Of a stretch of DNA of 64,000 nucleotides, positions 1-9,635 are shown in pieces. The position numbers and the translations under genes are program-made. The stretch is from NCBI GenBank assembly GCA_043811535.1, contig JBDRNC010000017.1, forward strand, positions 189,121 through 253,120, in the 5' to 3' direction. Positions within the stretch are counted from its first letter, which is position 1, and every line of letters starts with the position of its first letter. Source of the stretch: Elusimicrobiota bacterium (GTDB lineage: Bacteria; Elusimicrobiota; Endomicrobiia; Endomicrobiales; JBDRNC01). Below the pieces are notes generated by a model that was given only the letters and a program-made list of their open reading frames with translations, had not been told where the DNA came from and made no database searches.

Positions 1-957
1 TCCGGTAATCGTCCTGATCTTGAACTTGCGGTAGCCGTTCTTGTCGGGCACTCCGTTCTGAAAACGCGACATTGAGCCGACGGGATCGGTGCCGGACGTG
101 TTTGAGATGTCAAAACATTCAATTATTACCGGAAGTTTAGGAAGGTTCAGCTTTTCTTTCATTTCTTCAAGGACCGATGTAGTTTTCAATGACTCCGCTA
201 TGTCACCGGCATGAATCTCGCGGAAAGTGACTTTCTGTCCCATCGTTTCAAGCGCGTTAACGCTGTCGCGCAGTTCCGCGGCTTTTTCAAACTCGGAGTT
301 CCTGCTGGCCACCTGCATCTCCTTTTTCCACAGCGATATCAGGTTCCTGTATTTTCCTTTCAGAAAAAGTTTCAGCTTTGAAATATTCGCGGCGTACTCT
401 TTTGCAGTCACTTTGCCCGCGCACGGAGCGGGGCACCTTCCGGTGTGCAGGTAAAGGCATGATTTTATCTTGTGTTCCGCCGGCAGCGAGTTCTCCGAAA
501 AATCAAGCTTGCACGGGCGCCACATGAAAATTCTTCGAAGCCATTTTACAAGCGAGCGCATCTGCGCCGTGTTCGGATACGGCCCGAAATATTCGCTCCC
601 GTCGTTAAGTGTTTTCCTTGTCAATATGAGGCGCGGAAAATCCTCGCGCGTCAGTTTCAGTTGCGGATAGGATTTGTCGTCGCGCCACATCGAGTTGTAA
701 TAGGGCTTGTACTTGTGGATGAGCTGTCTTTCAAGTATGAGCGAGTCGCGCTCGGAGGCGCAGAGGATGTAATCGATATGGCGCAGGGACGATATTATCC
801 CGGCGGTTTTCATATCGGGTGAATTCTTAAAATAGGAGGCGACTCTTTTTCTGAGGGCTTTTGCTTTTCCGATGTAGATTATTTTCGCTGCGGAGTCCCG
901 CATTATGTAAACGCCGGGGGTGTTCGGAAGCCTGAGAAAATCTATTTTGTTATTCAT
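1..957 (-). CDS. uvrC: Excinuclease ABC subunit C (5' part; runs off window start)
   Basis: Manual translation from ATG at 957: MNNKIDFLRLPNTPGVYIMRD..IIYIGKAKALRKRVASYF (GIY-YIG), UVR coiled coil, IECFDISNTSG. Confidence 0.95.
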   Translation of the reverse strand, partial: MNNKIDFLRLPNTPGVYIMRDSAAKIIYIGKAKALRKRVASYFKNSPDMKTAGIISSLRHIDYILCASERDSLILERQLIHKYKPYYNSMWRDDKSYPQLKLTREDFPRLILTRKTLNDGSEYFGPYPNTAQMRSLVKWLRRIFMWRPCKLDFSENSLPAEHKIKSCLYLHTGRCPAPCAGKVTAKEYAANISKLKLFLKGKYRNLISLWKKEMQVASRNSEFEKAAELRDSVNALETMGQKVTFREIHAGDIAESLKTTSVLEEMKEKLNLPKLPVIIECFDISNTSGTDPVGSMSRFQNGVPDKNGYRKFKIRTITG

Positions 958-1052
958 CGGTTGATTGCCTAAATTTACAATGAACAGTGATCAATTGTCA
1001 GTGATCAGTTAAGGTAGATTTATGATAACTGCTCATTGCTAATTGTTAATTG

Positions 1053-2675
1053 TCAATTGTTAATCCAGGCTTCCGCTTCCGCGGAGTCCTGCGTTCTGCC
1101 GCCTGAGGTTATCATCTGGAACAGGAGTTTTAGCTCTTTTACTTTGATAAGCCAGCAGACTGCCAGAAAAGCGGCTATGCCGATGAATATGCTTGATGAT
1201 ACTTCGATCAACTGGCCTAACTTGGCGGAAATATGGCTTACTTCAATGCGAGCATGAACCGTGTGATAAACGAGCCAGCATACGGCCGCCATTACAAGAG
1301 CGGCAACTGTTATGCGCATAACCGAGTTCAATATCTCCGAGCCGCCGATATTACCGAGTTTCTTTCTGAGGAACCAGGTAAGCAGAAAGAAGTTCAGCAT
1401 CGCCGCGAGAGATGTAGAGAGCGCCAGTCCGAAGTAGCTGATTTTAGACATAAGAATAAGGCCGAGCAGGATATTGACTGCCACGGTCAACAGCCCGATC
1501 TTTACCGGTGTTTTTGAATCATTGAGCGCGTAAAATATGGGCACCGTTATCTTGACCCCTGAAAAAGCAAACAGGCCGAGGCTGAAAAGGATGGCTGTTT
1601 TTGCCGTTGCCTGGGCGTCTGCAAGCGCGAATTTTCCGTACTGGAACAGCAGGCAGTTTATGGGCAGGCTCAAAACTACCATGCCGACGGTCGCGGGTAT
1701 GGCGATTAAAAAAGCCAGCCGCAAAGCGAAAGAATAATTTTTGACGGCATCGCCGAACTCCCCTTTTGTAATATTGCGCGAAATAACCGGAAGCGTCGCC
1801 GTGGCGATAGCAACCGCGAATACGCCGAGGGGCAGCTGCATAAGCCTGTTGCCGTAATAGAGATAGGTTATCGCGGCTTTACCCAGGAGGCCGGCCATTA
1901 TGGTATTTACCACGATGATATTAATCTGCGTTACGGACTGCGCGAAAACGGCAGGCGTCATTAATTTGATTATCTTTTTTACGCCGCGGTCTGTAATGTC
2001 CAGTATGGGTTTGTATATAAATCCTTTTTTCAATACGGCAGGCACCTGAATGAGGAACTGGGCAAGGCCGCCTACCAGGGCCCCTATGGCCCATCCCACA
2101 ATCTGCTGCTCGGGCCGTTCGCCGAACAGAGGGCAAATGAAGATGCCTGTAATTATCATCACAACATTGAGGAGAGCCGGGGCGAATGCCGATACTGTAA
2201 AATCCTGGTGAGAATTCAATATGCCCATCAGCAAGGCGGCAAATGCCATGAACGCGATGAAAGGAAACACGGTGCGGGTCAGGCGCACGGTAAGATCAAA
2301 TGCGTCGCCCGAAAGGTTCCATTGCAGAAGATGAACGATGTACGGAGAAAATATGATGCCGATTATGACGATCAGGGAAAGCACGATAAGCATCAGGTTA
2401 AACAGCAGGTTGGCAAGCCGCCAGGCGGATTCTTTGCCGTCTTTTGTAAGCTGTTCGGTGAATACCGGGATAAAGGCGGAGCTTAGAGCTCCTTCCGCGA
2501 GAAGGTCCCTCAGCAGGTTGGGAATGCGGTACGCTACCAGGAAGGCATCGGAAATAAATCCGGCGCCGAACAACCCGGCAAAAATCCCGTCACGGATATA
2601 ACCGAGCACCCGGCTGGTCATCGTGGCAAAGCTGATTATTGAAACTGATTTAGCTATTTTTTGATGCGTGCTCAT
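1053..2675 (-). CDS. murJ: Lipid II flippase MurJ (MviN)
   Basis: SRVLGYIRD, AYRIPNLLRDLLAEGALSSAFIP, RLMQLPLGVF motifs; many TM segments. Confidence 0.96.
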   Translation of the reverse strand: MSTHQKIAKSVSIISFATMTSRVLGYIRDGIFAGLFGAGFISDAFLVAYRIPNLLRDLLAEGALSSAFIPVFTEQLTKDGKESAWRLANLLFNLMLIVLSLIVIIGIIFSPYIVHLLQWNLSGDAFDLTVRLTRTVFPFIAFMAFAALLMGILNSHQDFTVSAFAPALLNVVMIITGIFICPLFGERPEQQIVGWAIGALVGGLAQFLIQVPAVLKKGFIYKPILDITDRGVKKIIKLMTPAVFAQSVTQINIIVVNTIMAGLLGKAAITYLYYGNRLMQLPLGVFAVAIATATLPVISRNITKGEFGDAVKNYSFALRLAFLIAIPATVGMVVLSLPINCLLFQYGKFALADAQATAKTAILFSLGLFAFSGVKITVPIFYALNDSKTPVKIGLLTVAVNILLGLILMSKISYFGLALSTSLAAMLNFFLLTWFLRKKLGNIGGSEILNSVMRITVAALVMAAVCWLVYHTVHARIEVSHISAKLGQLIEVSSSIFIGIAAFLAVCWLIKVKELKLLFQMITSGGRTQDSAEAEAWINN

Positions 2676-2791
2676 AAATTGATATACGAGGGATTAGCAA
2701 TCAGTAAACAGTAATCAATGCAATGAAGTCGTTTGTTTTTATCTTTCCCTGTCTCCGGTTTGCTGTTTACGGTCTGCTGTCGTAATATATA

Positions 2792-2820
2792 TTGACTCAA
2801 ATCTCAAAAATTGCTATATT
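2792..2820 (+). promoter_or_regulatory. sigma70-type promoter for rpsT
   Basis: TTGACT-17 nt-TATATT with TGn extension; GGAGG RBS before ATG 2851. Confidence 0.65.
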
Positions 2821-2850
2821 TATCAAACCTAAATTAACGGAGGACTCTAA

Positions 2851-3144
2851 ATGGCAAAACTAAAAACAGGGCGCCACACGTCAGCAATGAAAGAATCGCG
2901 CAAGGCGCACAAGCGCGAAGCACGGAATAAATCAGTAAAGAGCACGCTCCACACGCTTATCAAAAAGATAGAGGATGCATCCGCTAAAAAGGAAGTATCC
3001 GCATTGAAAGACCTTTTAAGTCTGGTTTTTTCGGAGCTGGATAAAGCGGCGAAACGCAAAGTCATCCATTTAAACAAAGCATCGAACTTGAAAGCGCGTT
3101 TATCAAAGATTGCCGCCGCCGTTTCGGGACAACCCAAGAAGTAA
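2851..3144 (+). CDS. rpsT: 30S ribosomal protein S20
   Basis: SAMKESRK..RN...KS...LDKAAKRKVIHLNKASNLKARL. Confidence 0.96.
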   Translation: MAKLKTGRHTSAMKESRKAHKREARNKSVKSTLHTLIKKIEDASAKKEVSALKDLLSLVFSELDKAAKRKVIHLNKASNLKARLSKIAAAVSGQPKK

Positions 3145-4125
3145 TTCCTCGAAAATCATATTTTCCGGCCGGCTTGAGCTTTTCAGTTCCAGGTCGGCGT
3201 TGAGCGCCAGTTTCAGATCTCCCGCCAGTTCGTCCTTAGAGAACCTTCTCAGATTGGAGAAAAATCTTCGGCTGAAGTACGGATGTATCCTGAGTTTCTG
3301 CGCTATCTCATCCTCTCTCATGCCTTTGTCTTCCAGAAGGCTCTTTGCCATAGTAAGTTTCCTGACGGTCGTGTATATGAATGACAGGATAATTACGGGC
3401 ACCTCGCCTTCCTCAAGCAGTGTTTCCAGTATCTCAACGGCGTTCTTCAGGTTCTTCGATTCTACCGCTTCGCTCAATTCATAAAGATTCGCCTGTTTGG
3501 TATGTCCCGAAAGGATTTCAACATCCTGGAGAGTGATCTCTTTTTTGTCGCCCACAAAAAGAAAGAGTTTCTCGAGTTCATTGTTAATGTCCATCAGCGA
3601 CAACCCCGATTCCCTCATCAGGTATTCCGCGGCCTGCGGCGATATCATTTTTTTCATCTCCGCGGCCTTCTTAATGATCCATGAAGGTATATCCCTTTCA
3701 TAAAGCGTTTTGAATTCTATTATTGCGCCGTTCTTTTCGACAGCAGCGAAAAGCGGGGTTTTCCGAGTTTCTTTTTTGAGTTTTTCGAGCCATATCAGCA
3801 CAAGGCACGACGATTCACCCGGTATTTTAAAGAGCTCTACAAGTTTTGTCGTTTCGGCCTGCCTTATTTTCTGCGCTTCCTTGACGATGATCAGCCGCTT
3901 TTCCGCTATGAAAGGCATTGTCTGGGCGGCGATAATAATATCATTGACCGATGAATCCGGGCCGTAAAAAATCTCTCTGTTCAGCGTATCAATGTTAAGC
4001 GATTTCTCGAGTTGTTTGACGGCATTTTCATGAAGGTAGGCATCTTCGCCGGCCAGGATATAGACAGGTTCGTATTTATTGTTCTGCCATTGAGATACGG
4101 CTTCTTTGATGTCAATATAAGGCAT
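3103..4125 (-). CDS. holA: DNA polymerase III delta subunit
   Basis: PVYILAGED, TMPFIAEKRLIIVK, NELEKL, ADLELKSS; convergent with rpsT; start set at MPYID. Confidence 0.92.
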   Translation of the reverse strand: MPYIDIKEAVSQWQNNKYEPVYILAGEDAYLHENAVKQLEKSLNIDTLNREIFYGPDSSVNDIIIAAQTMPFIAEKRLIIVKEAQKIRQAETTKLVELFKIPGESSCLVLIWLEKLKKETRKTPLFAAVEKNGAIIEFKTLYERDIPSWIIKKAAEMKKMISPQAAEYLMRESGLSLMDINNELEKLFLFVGDKKEITLQDVEILSGHTKQANLYELSEAVESKNLKNAVEILETLLEEGEVPVIILSFIYTTVRKLTMAKSLLEDKGMREDEIAQKLRIHPYFSRRFFSNLRRFSKDELAGDLKLALNADLELKSSSRPENMIFEELLLGLSRNGGGNL

Positions 4126-4277
4126 AAATTTTTTTAAAATACTAAACACTAAACTCTAAAAACTAAATAAACTCAAAACAGCAAAATGAAAACTCAAATA
4201 AAAGACGTTTATTTAGTATTTGTATTTGCGATTTTGAATTTGTTTAGTGTTTAGTATTTAGTTTTTAGTGTTTGCCT

Positions 4278-4847
4278 TCATTTGGGTACTTTCTTGTCAG
4301 ACGCGCCGCTTATAGAACCGAATCCCTCCATGGTCCTTTTCACTATGTCAAGCGAAATGTTTTCCCAAAGGTCTTCCCTTACTTCCTCTTCGGGCTTTCC
4401 TTCGGGCAGCGATACATCGTAGAATATCTGGACCCCTTCCATGTTGGGTTCGGTCCAGAGTGTGACGTTATTTGTTTTGTCTATGAAGGAGACGCTCAGC
4501 AGTACCCAGAGCTTATACTGCTGAGTGACCATCTGGGCATCGTAAGTCAGCGGTTGCAGGATATATCTGTTGATCTCGCCGACCACTATCCCGTCCGCGT
4601 CCTGTTCATTGTTGACAATCATCAGGCGGCCGTCCCTTACAAATTCATTTATCACTTTCAGTGTCAGCTTCTCCTCAAGGCCGTACTGCGTGGTGTTGTT
4701 GGTGAAAGGCCTGACCGTGATCTTCTTTATGTGTTGCGGCAGGATCTGCGGCGCGGGTGTGTATGGCGAGGAACAGCCTGAAAAAACGGTAAGCAGGAAG
4801 CAGGAAGCAGTGAACAGAACGGACAACAGCAAAAGATTTTTCTTCAT
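4278..4847 (-). CDS. lptE: LptE-like lipoprotein
   Basis: Lipobox FSGC; leuS-lptE-holA synteny. Confidence 0.7.
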   Translation of the reverse strand: MKKNLLLLSVLFTASCFLLTVFSGCSSPYTPAPQILPQHIKKITVRPFTNNTTQYGLEEKLTLKVINEFVRDGRLMIVNNEQDADGIVVGEINRYILQPLTYDAQMVTQQYKLWVLLSVSFIDKTNNVTLWTEPNMEGVQIFYDVSLPEGKPEEEVREDLWENISLDIVKRTMEGFGSISGASDKKVPK

Positions 4848-4864
4848 GAAACGCTCCTGAATAT

Positions 4865-7315
4865 TTATTTAACTACTATATTGGCTATTTTTCCCGGGAC
4901 GTAGATGAATTTGGCTACCTGCTTGTTCTCGATATGCGGTTTGAGCGCGGCATCTTTCATTATCAGCGTGTTAAGCTCGGCTTCATTGATGGCCGAAGGC
5001 ACGGTAATCTTGCCGCGGAGTTTTCCGTTGATCTGCACGGGTATTTCAATCGTGTCGGTCTTAAGGTATTTCTGGTCGGCTTCGGGCCACTCGGCGGTTA
5101 AAATACTTTCTTTATTTCCGAGTTTTTGCCAGAGCTCTTCGCATAAGTGCGGCGTGAACGGCGCAAGAAGAAGCACGACGGTTTTGTACGCCTTTATAAG
5201 CGTCTCAGCTCCGCAGGAACCCAGTGACGCGTAAAGTTCGTTGACAAGCTCCATTGTAGATGAGATAGCCGTGTTCAACTGCTGTTCTTTCGCTATATCA
5301 TCGGTAACTTTCTTAACAGTTAAATGCATTTTGTGAAGAAGCGCTTCCTCCTTGCCGGTTCCCTTCCCGGAATCCTGGGCAATCAATTCGTGCAGGCGCC
5401 AGACCCTGTTAGTGAAACGCCACGAGCCTTCCACTCCATCGGATGACCAGTCAAGTTGTTTTTCCGGCGGAGACGCGAACATAATGAACAGGCGCAGCGT
5501 GTCTGACCCGTAAGTAGAGGTTATTTCATCAGGCGTGACGATATTCCCTTTTGATTTTGACATCGCGCTCCCGCCGAGCGTGACCATGCCCTGGGTCAGA
5601 AGTTTTGTGAAAGGTTCTTCGCTTGAAACCAGACCAATGTCTTTCATGACCTTATGCCAGAAACGCGAATAGATAAGGTGCATGCACGCGTGTTCTATCC
5701 CGCCGACGTACTGGTCAACGGGCAGCCACGCGTCAGCCGCCTGTCTGTCAACGGGTTCATTGCTGTTTTTGGGGTCGCAGTATCGCGCGTAATACCAGGA
5801 CGAATCCACGAACGTGTCCATCGTGTCGGTTTCTCTTTTTGCCTTGCCGCCGCATTTCGGGCATTTTACGGTTATGAATTCGGCGTTTTCGTCAAGCGGA
5901 GAACGCCCGACGCCCGTGAGCTTGACATCCTTAGGGAGCGTCACGGGAAGGTCCTTCTCCGGGACCGGTACGATCCCGCATTTATCGCAATGTATCATCG
6001 GGATAGGCGTTCCCCAGTAACGCTGCCTTGAAAGCAGCCACTCCTTCAGGCGGTAATTGACCGATTTCTTTCCGAGACCATTCTGCTGGAGCCACAGCGA
6101 AATTTTTTCCACGCATTCAGGGGAAGGCATGCCGTTGAACTGGCCGGAATTTACCATTGTCCCTTCGTTTTCATACGCGTGTTTGGATATATCGGAACCT
6201 TCGCCACGGATGACCTCGATTATAGGCACCTTGAACTTAGTTGCGAATTCCCAGTCGCGCTGGTCATGAGCCGGCACGGCCATAATGGCTCCCGTGCCGT
6301 ATTCCATCAGAACGTAATCGGCGATGAATACGGGAATAGCCGCTTTATTGACGGGATTGACCGCGCGGATTCCTTCCAGCTTTACGCCTGTTTTGAGTTT
6401 TTCGGGATTCATCCGTTCGGCCGGTGTTTTCTTGGCGCTGGCGTGAATATATTCTTCAGTTTCTTTCCAGTTCCTGATTTTGGTTTTCAGCTCTTTTAAA
6501 AAGGCGTGTTCCGGAGACAATACCATGAAAGTCGCGCCGAAAAGAGTGTCGGGCCTTGTCGTGAAAATCCTGATCTTTTTTGAAAAACTTCCGTCTCCGG
6601 ATTCAATAGTGAAATCGACTTCAGCGCCGTAAGACTTGCCTATCCAGTTCTTCTGCATCAGCAGGACTTCCTGCGGCCAGCCGTCCTTGATGAGTTCATG
6701 GCCCGCAAGCAGCCGCTCGGCGTAATCGGTGATCTTGAAGAACCACTGCTCCAGTTCGCGGTCTTCCACGCCGGAATCGCAGCGCCAGCACGTTCCCTGG
6801 TTGACCTGCTCGTTAGCCAGGACCGTCTGACATGAAGGGCACCAGTTCACGCGCGCCTTCTTCCTGAAAGCCAGTCCTTTTTCCCACATCTTGATGAAAA
6901 ACCACTGGTTCCACTTGTAATATTCCGGGTCGCAGGTCGCGAATTCGCGGGACCAGTCGTATGAAATGCCGAGAGCTTTGAGTTGGACCGTCATATGTTC
7001 TATATTATCTCTCGTCCATTTCTCGGGGTGGATATTATTCTTTATCGCGGCGTTTTCGGAAGGAAGCCCAAAAGCATCCCAACCTATCGGATGCATGACC
7101 TGGAAGCCTTTCATCCTTTGGAAATTCGCGAACACATCGCCGAGCACGTAGTTCCTGACGTGTCCCATGTGCAGTTTGCCGGAAGGATACGGGAACATAA
7201 CAAGGCAATAATACTTTTTTTTCGCCTTGTCGCGCTTGCCGGCGGCAAAAATTCCTGTATCTTCCCAGTATTTCCGCCACTTCGGTTCGATTTCCTGAAA
7301 ATTATAAGTGCTCAT
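4865..7315 (-). CDS. leuS: Leucyl-tRNA synthetase
   Basis: MFPYPSGKLHMGH, MSKSKGN; start set at MSTYNF. Confidence 0.98.
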   Translation of the reverse strand: MSTYNFQEIEPKWRKYWEDTGIFAAGKRDKAKKKYYCLVMFPYPSGKLHMGHVRNYVLGDVFANFQRMKGFQVMHPIGWDAFGLPSENAAIKNNIHPEKWTRDNIEHMTVQLKALGISYDWSREFATCDPEYYKWNQWFFIKMWEKGLAFRKKARVNWCPSCQTVLANEQVNQGTCWRCDSGVEDRELEQWFFKITDYAERLLAGHELIKDGWPQEVLLMQKNWIGKSYGAEVDFTIESGDGSFSKKIRIFTTRPDTLFGATFMVLSPEHAFLKELKTKIRNWKETEEYIHASAKKTPAERMNPEKLKTGVKLEGIRAVNPVNKAAIPVFIADYVLMEYGTGAIMAVPAHDQRDWEFATKFKVPIIEVIRGEGSDISKHAYENEGTMVNSGQFNGMPSPECVEKISLWLQQNGLGKKSVNYRLKEWLLSRQRYWGTPIPMIHCDKCGIVPVPEKDLPVTLPKDVKLTGVGRSPLDENAEFITVKCPKCGGKAKRETDTMDTFVDSSWYYARYCDPKNSNEPVDRQAADAWLPVDQYVGGIEHACMHLIYSRFWHKVMKDIGLVSSEEPFTKLLTQGMVTLGGSAMSKSKGNIVTPDEITSTYGSDTLRLFIMFASPPEKQLDWSSDGVEGSWRFTNRVWRLHELIAQDSGKGTGKEEALLHKMHLTVKKVTDDIAKEQQLNTAISSTMELVNELYASLGSCGAETLIKAYKTVVLLLAPFTPHLCEELWQKLGNKESILTAEWPEADQKYLKTDTIEIPVQINGKLRGKITVPSAINEAELNTLIMKDAALKPHIENKQVAKFIYVPGKIANIVVK

Positions 7316-7397
7316 AATATTAAATTGTTGAATTGCCAAATGGCTAAATTGCTGAAAGGCCTTTAACAATCAGCCATTTAACAATTTAGCAATGTTT

Positions 7398-8036
7398 TTA
7401 CTTTATCTTCATCAGCGCTTCCTGCGCTATCATTCTCAACCTGTCATCCTTAATCGCTTCGAGAAGCGGAGGCACGGCTTTTCTTCCGAGATTTCCGAGC
7501 GCCTCGCAGGCGTATTTGCGCACGAGCTCATTCTCGTCCTTCATGGCTTTGGCGAGCGCGGGTATCGCCTTGTCATCGCCGATGCATCCGAGCGAAATGA
7601 CCGCCTTCATCCTTGTGTGCGGGCTTTTATCTCCGAGCGCAGCGATGAGCGGCTGGACAGCCATCCTGTCCTTTAGATGCCCAAGCACTCCGGCCGCGGT
7701 GACACGTACCTCTTCGGATTGGTCGTTCAGCGCGTCTATCAGGGCGGGCACGGCTTTCCTGTCGCCGATCAGTCCGAGCGTCTGGGCGGCCTTCTGCCTG
7801 ATGAAATGAAGCGGGTCCTTCAACGATTCAATAAGCTGCGGCAGCACATGTTTTTCCTTCAGCCTGCCCGCGATATCAATGCTGACAGCACGGACAAGCG
7901 CGTCAGAATCCCTGAAACCCGAAGTGAGAGCTTCCTTGACTTCCGGAATTCTGGGAGCAGGTGTTTCCGCCCCTTCTTTTGAATCGATGCTCTTCGGCTC
8001 GACCCTGATTATGCGTCTTAGAAATTTGAATGCCAT
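7398..8036 (-). CDS. HEAT/PBS-lyase repeat protein
   Basis: Repeated L.D....VR..AA..LG units. Confidence 0.88.
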   Translation of the reverse strand: MAFKFLRRIIRVEPKSIDSKEGAETPAPRIPEVKEALTSGFRDSDALVRAVSIDIAGRLKEKHVLPQLIESLKDPLHFIRQKAAQTLGLIGDRKAVPALIDALNDQSEEVRVTAAGVLGHLKDRMAVQPLIAALGDKSPHTRMKAVISLGCIGDDKAIPALAKAMKDENELVRKYACEALGNLGRKAVPPLLEAIKDDRLRMIAQEALMKIK

Positions 8037-8096
8037 ATTTAGATATTCAGAGATCCCCGATTACGGCTTCGGGGATGACCGAGATGAAACCTACGG

Positions 8097-8744
8097 TCAT
8101 TTCAGTTTCAGAAGTGCCTGTGCCGCGTGCGCCCTTACTTTTTCGTCCCTCAGCGCCATGAGCAAAGCCGGAACCGCAGGCCTGCCGATATTTCCAAGGG
8201 CCTCGCACGCGTACTTGCGCACAAGTTCATTTTCGTCTTTCAGGATGTTGAATAGAGACGCAATGGCCGAAGATTCACCGATCAGGCCGAGCGATATTGC
8301 GGATTTCATGCGCGCCATAGGGCTCGCGTCGGAGAGCGCCTGAATAAGCGCCGGAACGGCCATCTTGTCGTGCAGGTGTCCCAGCACTCCCGCGACCGTG
8401 ACGCGGACTTCTTCGGATTCGTCGTTCAAAGCGTTTATGAGCGGTTGAACGGCCGCTTTGTCGCCGATGACGCCGAGCGCAATCGCCGCTTTTTCGCGGA
8501 CATATTTTGAAGGGTCATTAAGCGCTTTAATCAGCGCGTCAACCGCGGATTTCTCATGAATTCTTCCGAGGACTTCCGCTGAAACGGACCGTATGAAGGG
8601 GTCCCCGTCGGTAAGTGAATCAATGAGCGCCGGAGTGGTTTTCTTGCTTAGCTCTTCATGGGCAGATTCGGGCGTGACGCGTCCGGAATTGATCCTGATC
8701 GTCGCGCCCTTGCTGAAAAAAAATTTCGGAAGCTTGATTTTCAT
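8097..8744 (-). CDS. HEAT/PBS-lyase repeat protein (tandem paralogue)
   Basis: Shares e.g. KDENELVRKYACEALGN with the neighbouring gene. Confidence 0.88.
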   Translation of the reverse strand: MKIKLPKFFFSKGATIRINSGRVTPESAHEELSKKTTPALIDSLTDGDPFIRSVSAEVLGRIHEKSAVDALIKALNDPSKYVREKAAIALGVIGDKAAVQPLINALNDESEEVRVTVAGVLGHLHDKMAVPALIQALSDASPMARMKSAISLGLIGESSAIASLFNILKDENELVRKYACEALGNIGRPAVPALLMALRDEKVRAHAAQALLKLK

Positions 8745-8779
8745 AATATGATCCTTTGAAAGCCGCTATAGAATGGCTT

Positions 8780-9541
8780 TTACCGGCCTTCCTTCACGAG
8801 CCACAAAAAATGTTCCAGATTCCCTTCCGGCCCCCTCACGGAAGAATCCACTTCTCCTTTCAGCGACAGGTTAAGCGTTGAAGCGAAAGCTTTTATCTTT
8901 TCTATTGTTCTCAGCCGGATTTTTTCGTCCCTTACGACGCCTTTTTTAAGTTCCTTTGGCGTGGCTTCGAACTGCGGCTTTACCATCGCGAGTATTTCGG
9001 CGTTTCCCGAAGATGCTTCAACCGCGGCCGGGAGAATTTTTTCCAGCGAGATGAATGACACGTCTATTGTAACAAATTCGACGGGGTCTTTCAAGAATTC
9101 TTCTCTTATACCGCCGGGAAATTCACCGGGAAAATAGCGGAAATTCATCCTTTCGATGTTTATGACTCTCGGGTCCTTTTTCAATTTTTCATGGAGTTGA
9201 TTGCGCCCTACGTCCACAGCGTAGACTTTTACGGCCCCGCGCTGCAACATGCAATCCGTGAAACCGCCGGTTGAGGCGCCGATATCCATGCAAATCTTTC
9301 CCGTGACATGGATTTTAAGCGTTTCAATGGCGGAGTCAAGCTTGAGCCCGCCGCGCGAAACGAAAGGATTTGTTTTCTTTAAGGTTATTTGAGATTGGCT
9401 GTCAACAGAAGTTCCCGGCTTTAGGAGTGTTTGCCCGCCTGCTTCAACCTGGCCGGCGATTATGATCGCCTGTGCTTTACTTCTCGTTTCAGCAAGGCCC
9501 TTTGAAACCAGCAGAAGGTCTAGACGGATTTTGTTTTTCAC
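8780..9541 (-). CDS. tlyA: TlyA-family rRNA 2'-O-methyltransferase
   Basis: S4 domain RLDLLL, FVSRGGLKL, DIGASTGGFTD, DVSFISL, KPQFE. Confidence 0.95.
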   Translation of the reverse strand: MKNKIRLDLLLVSKGLAETRSKAQAIIIAGQVEAGGQTLLKPGTSVDSQSQITLKKTNPFVSRGGLKLDSAIETLKIHVTGKICMDIGASTGGFTDCMLQRGAVKVYAVDVGRNQLHEKLKKDPRVINIERMNFRYFPGEFPGGIREEFLKDPVEFVTIDVSFISLEKILPAAVEASSGNAEILAMVKPQFEATPKELKKGVVRDEKIRLRTIEKIKAFASTLNLSLKGEVDSSVRGPEGNLEHFLWLVKEGR

Positions 9542-9635
9542 GATTATCAGAGTGAATTACAAATTACAGATTACATATTACAGATTTAAAGCCGTTAATT
9601 TGTAATTTGAAATATGTAATCTGTAATTGCTGTTA

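Noticed and set aside
7398..8744. Tandem HEAT paralogues as a novel system
   Set aside because: Common repeat family; no informative partner genes
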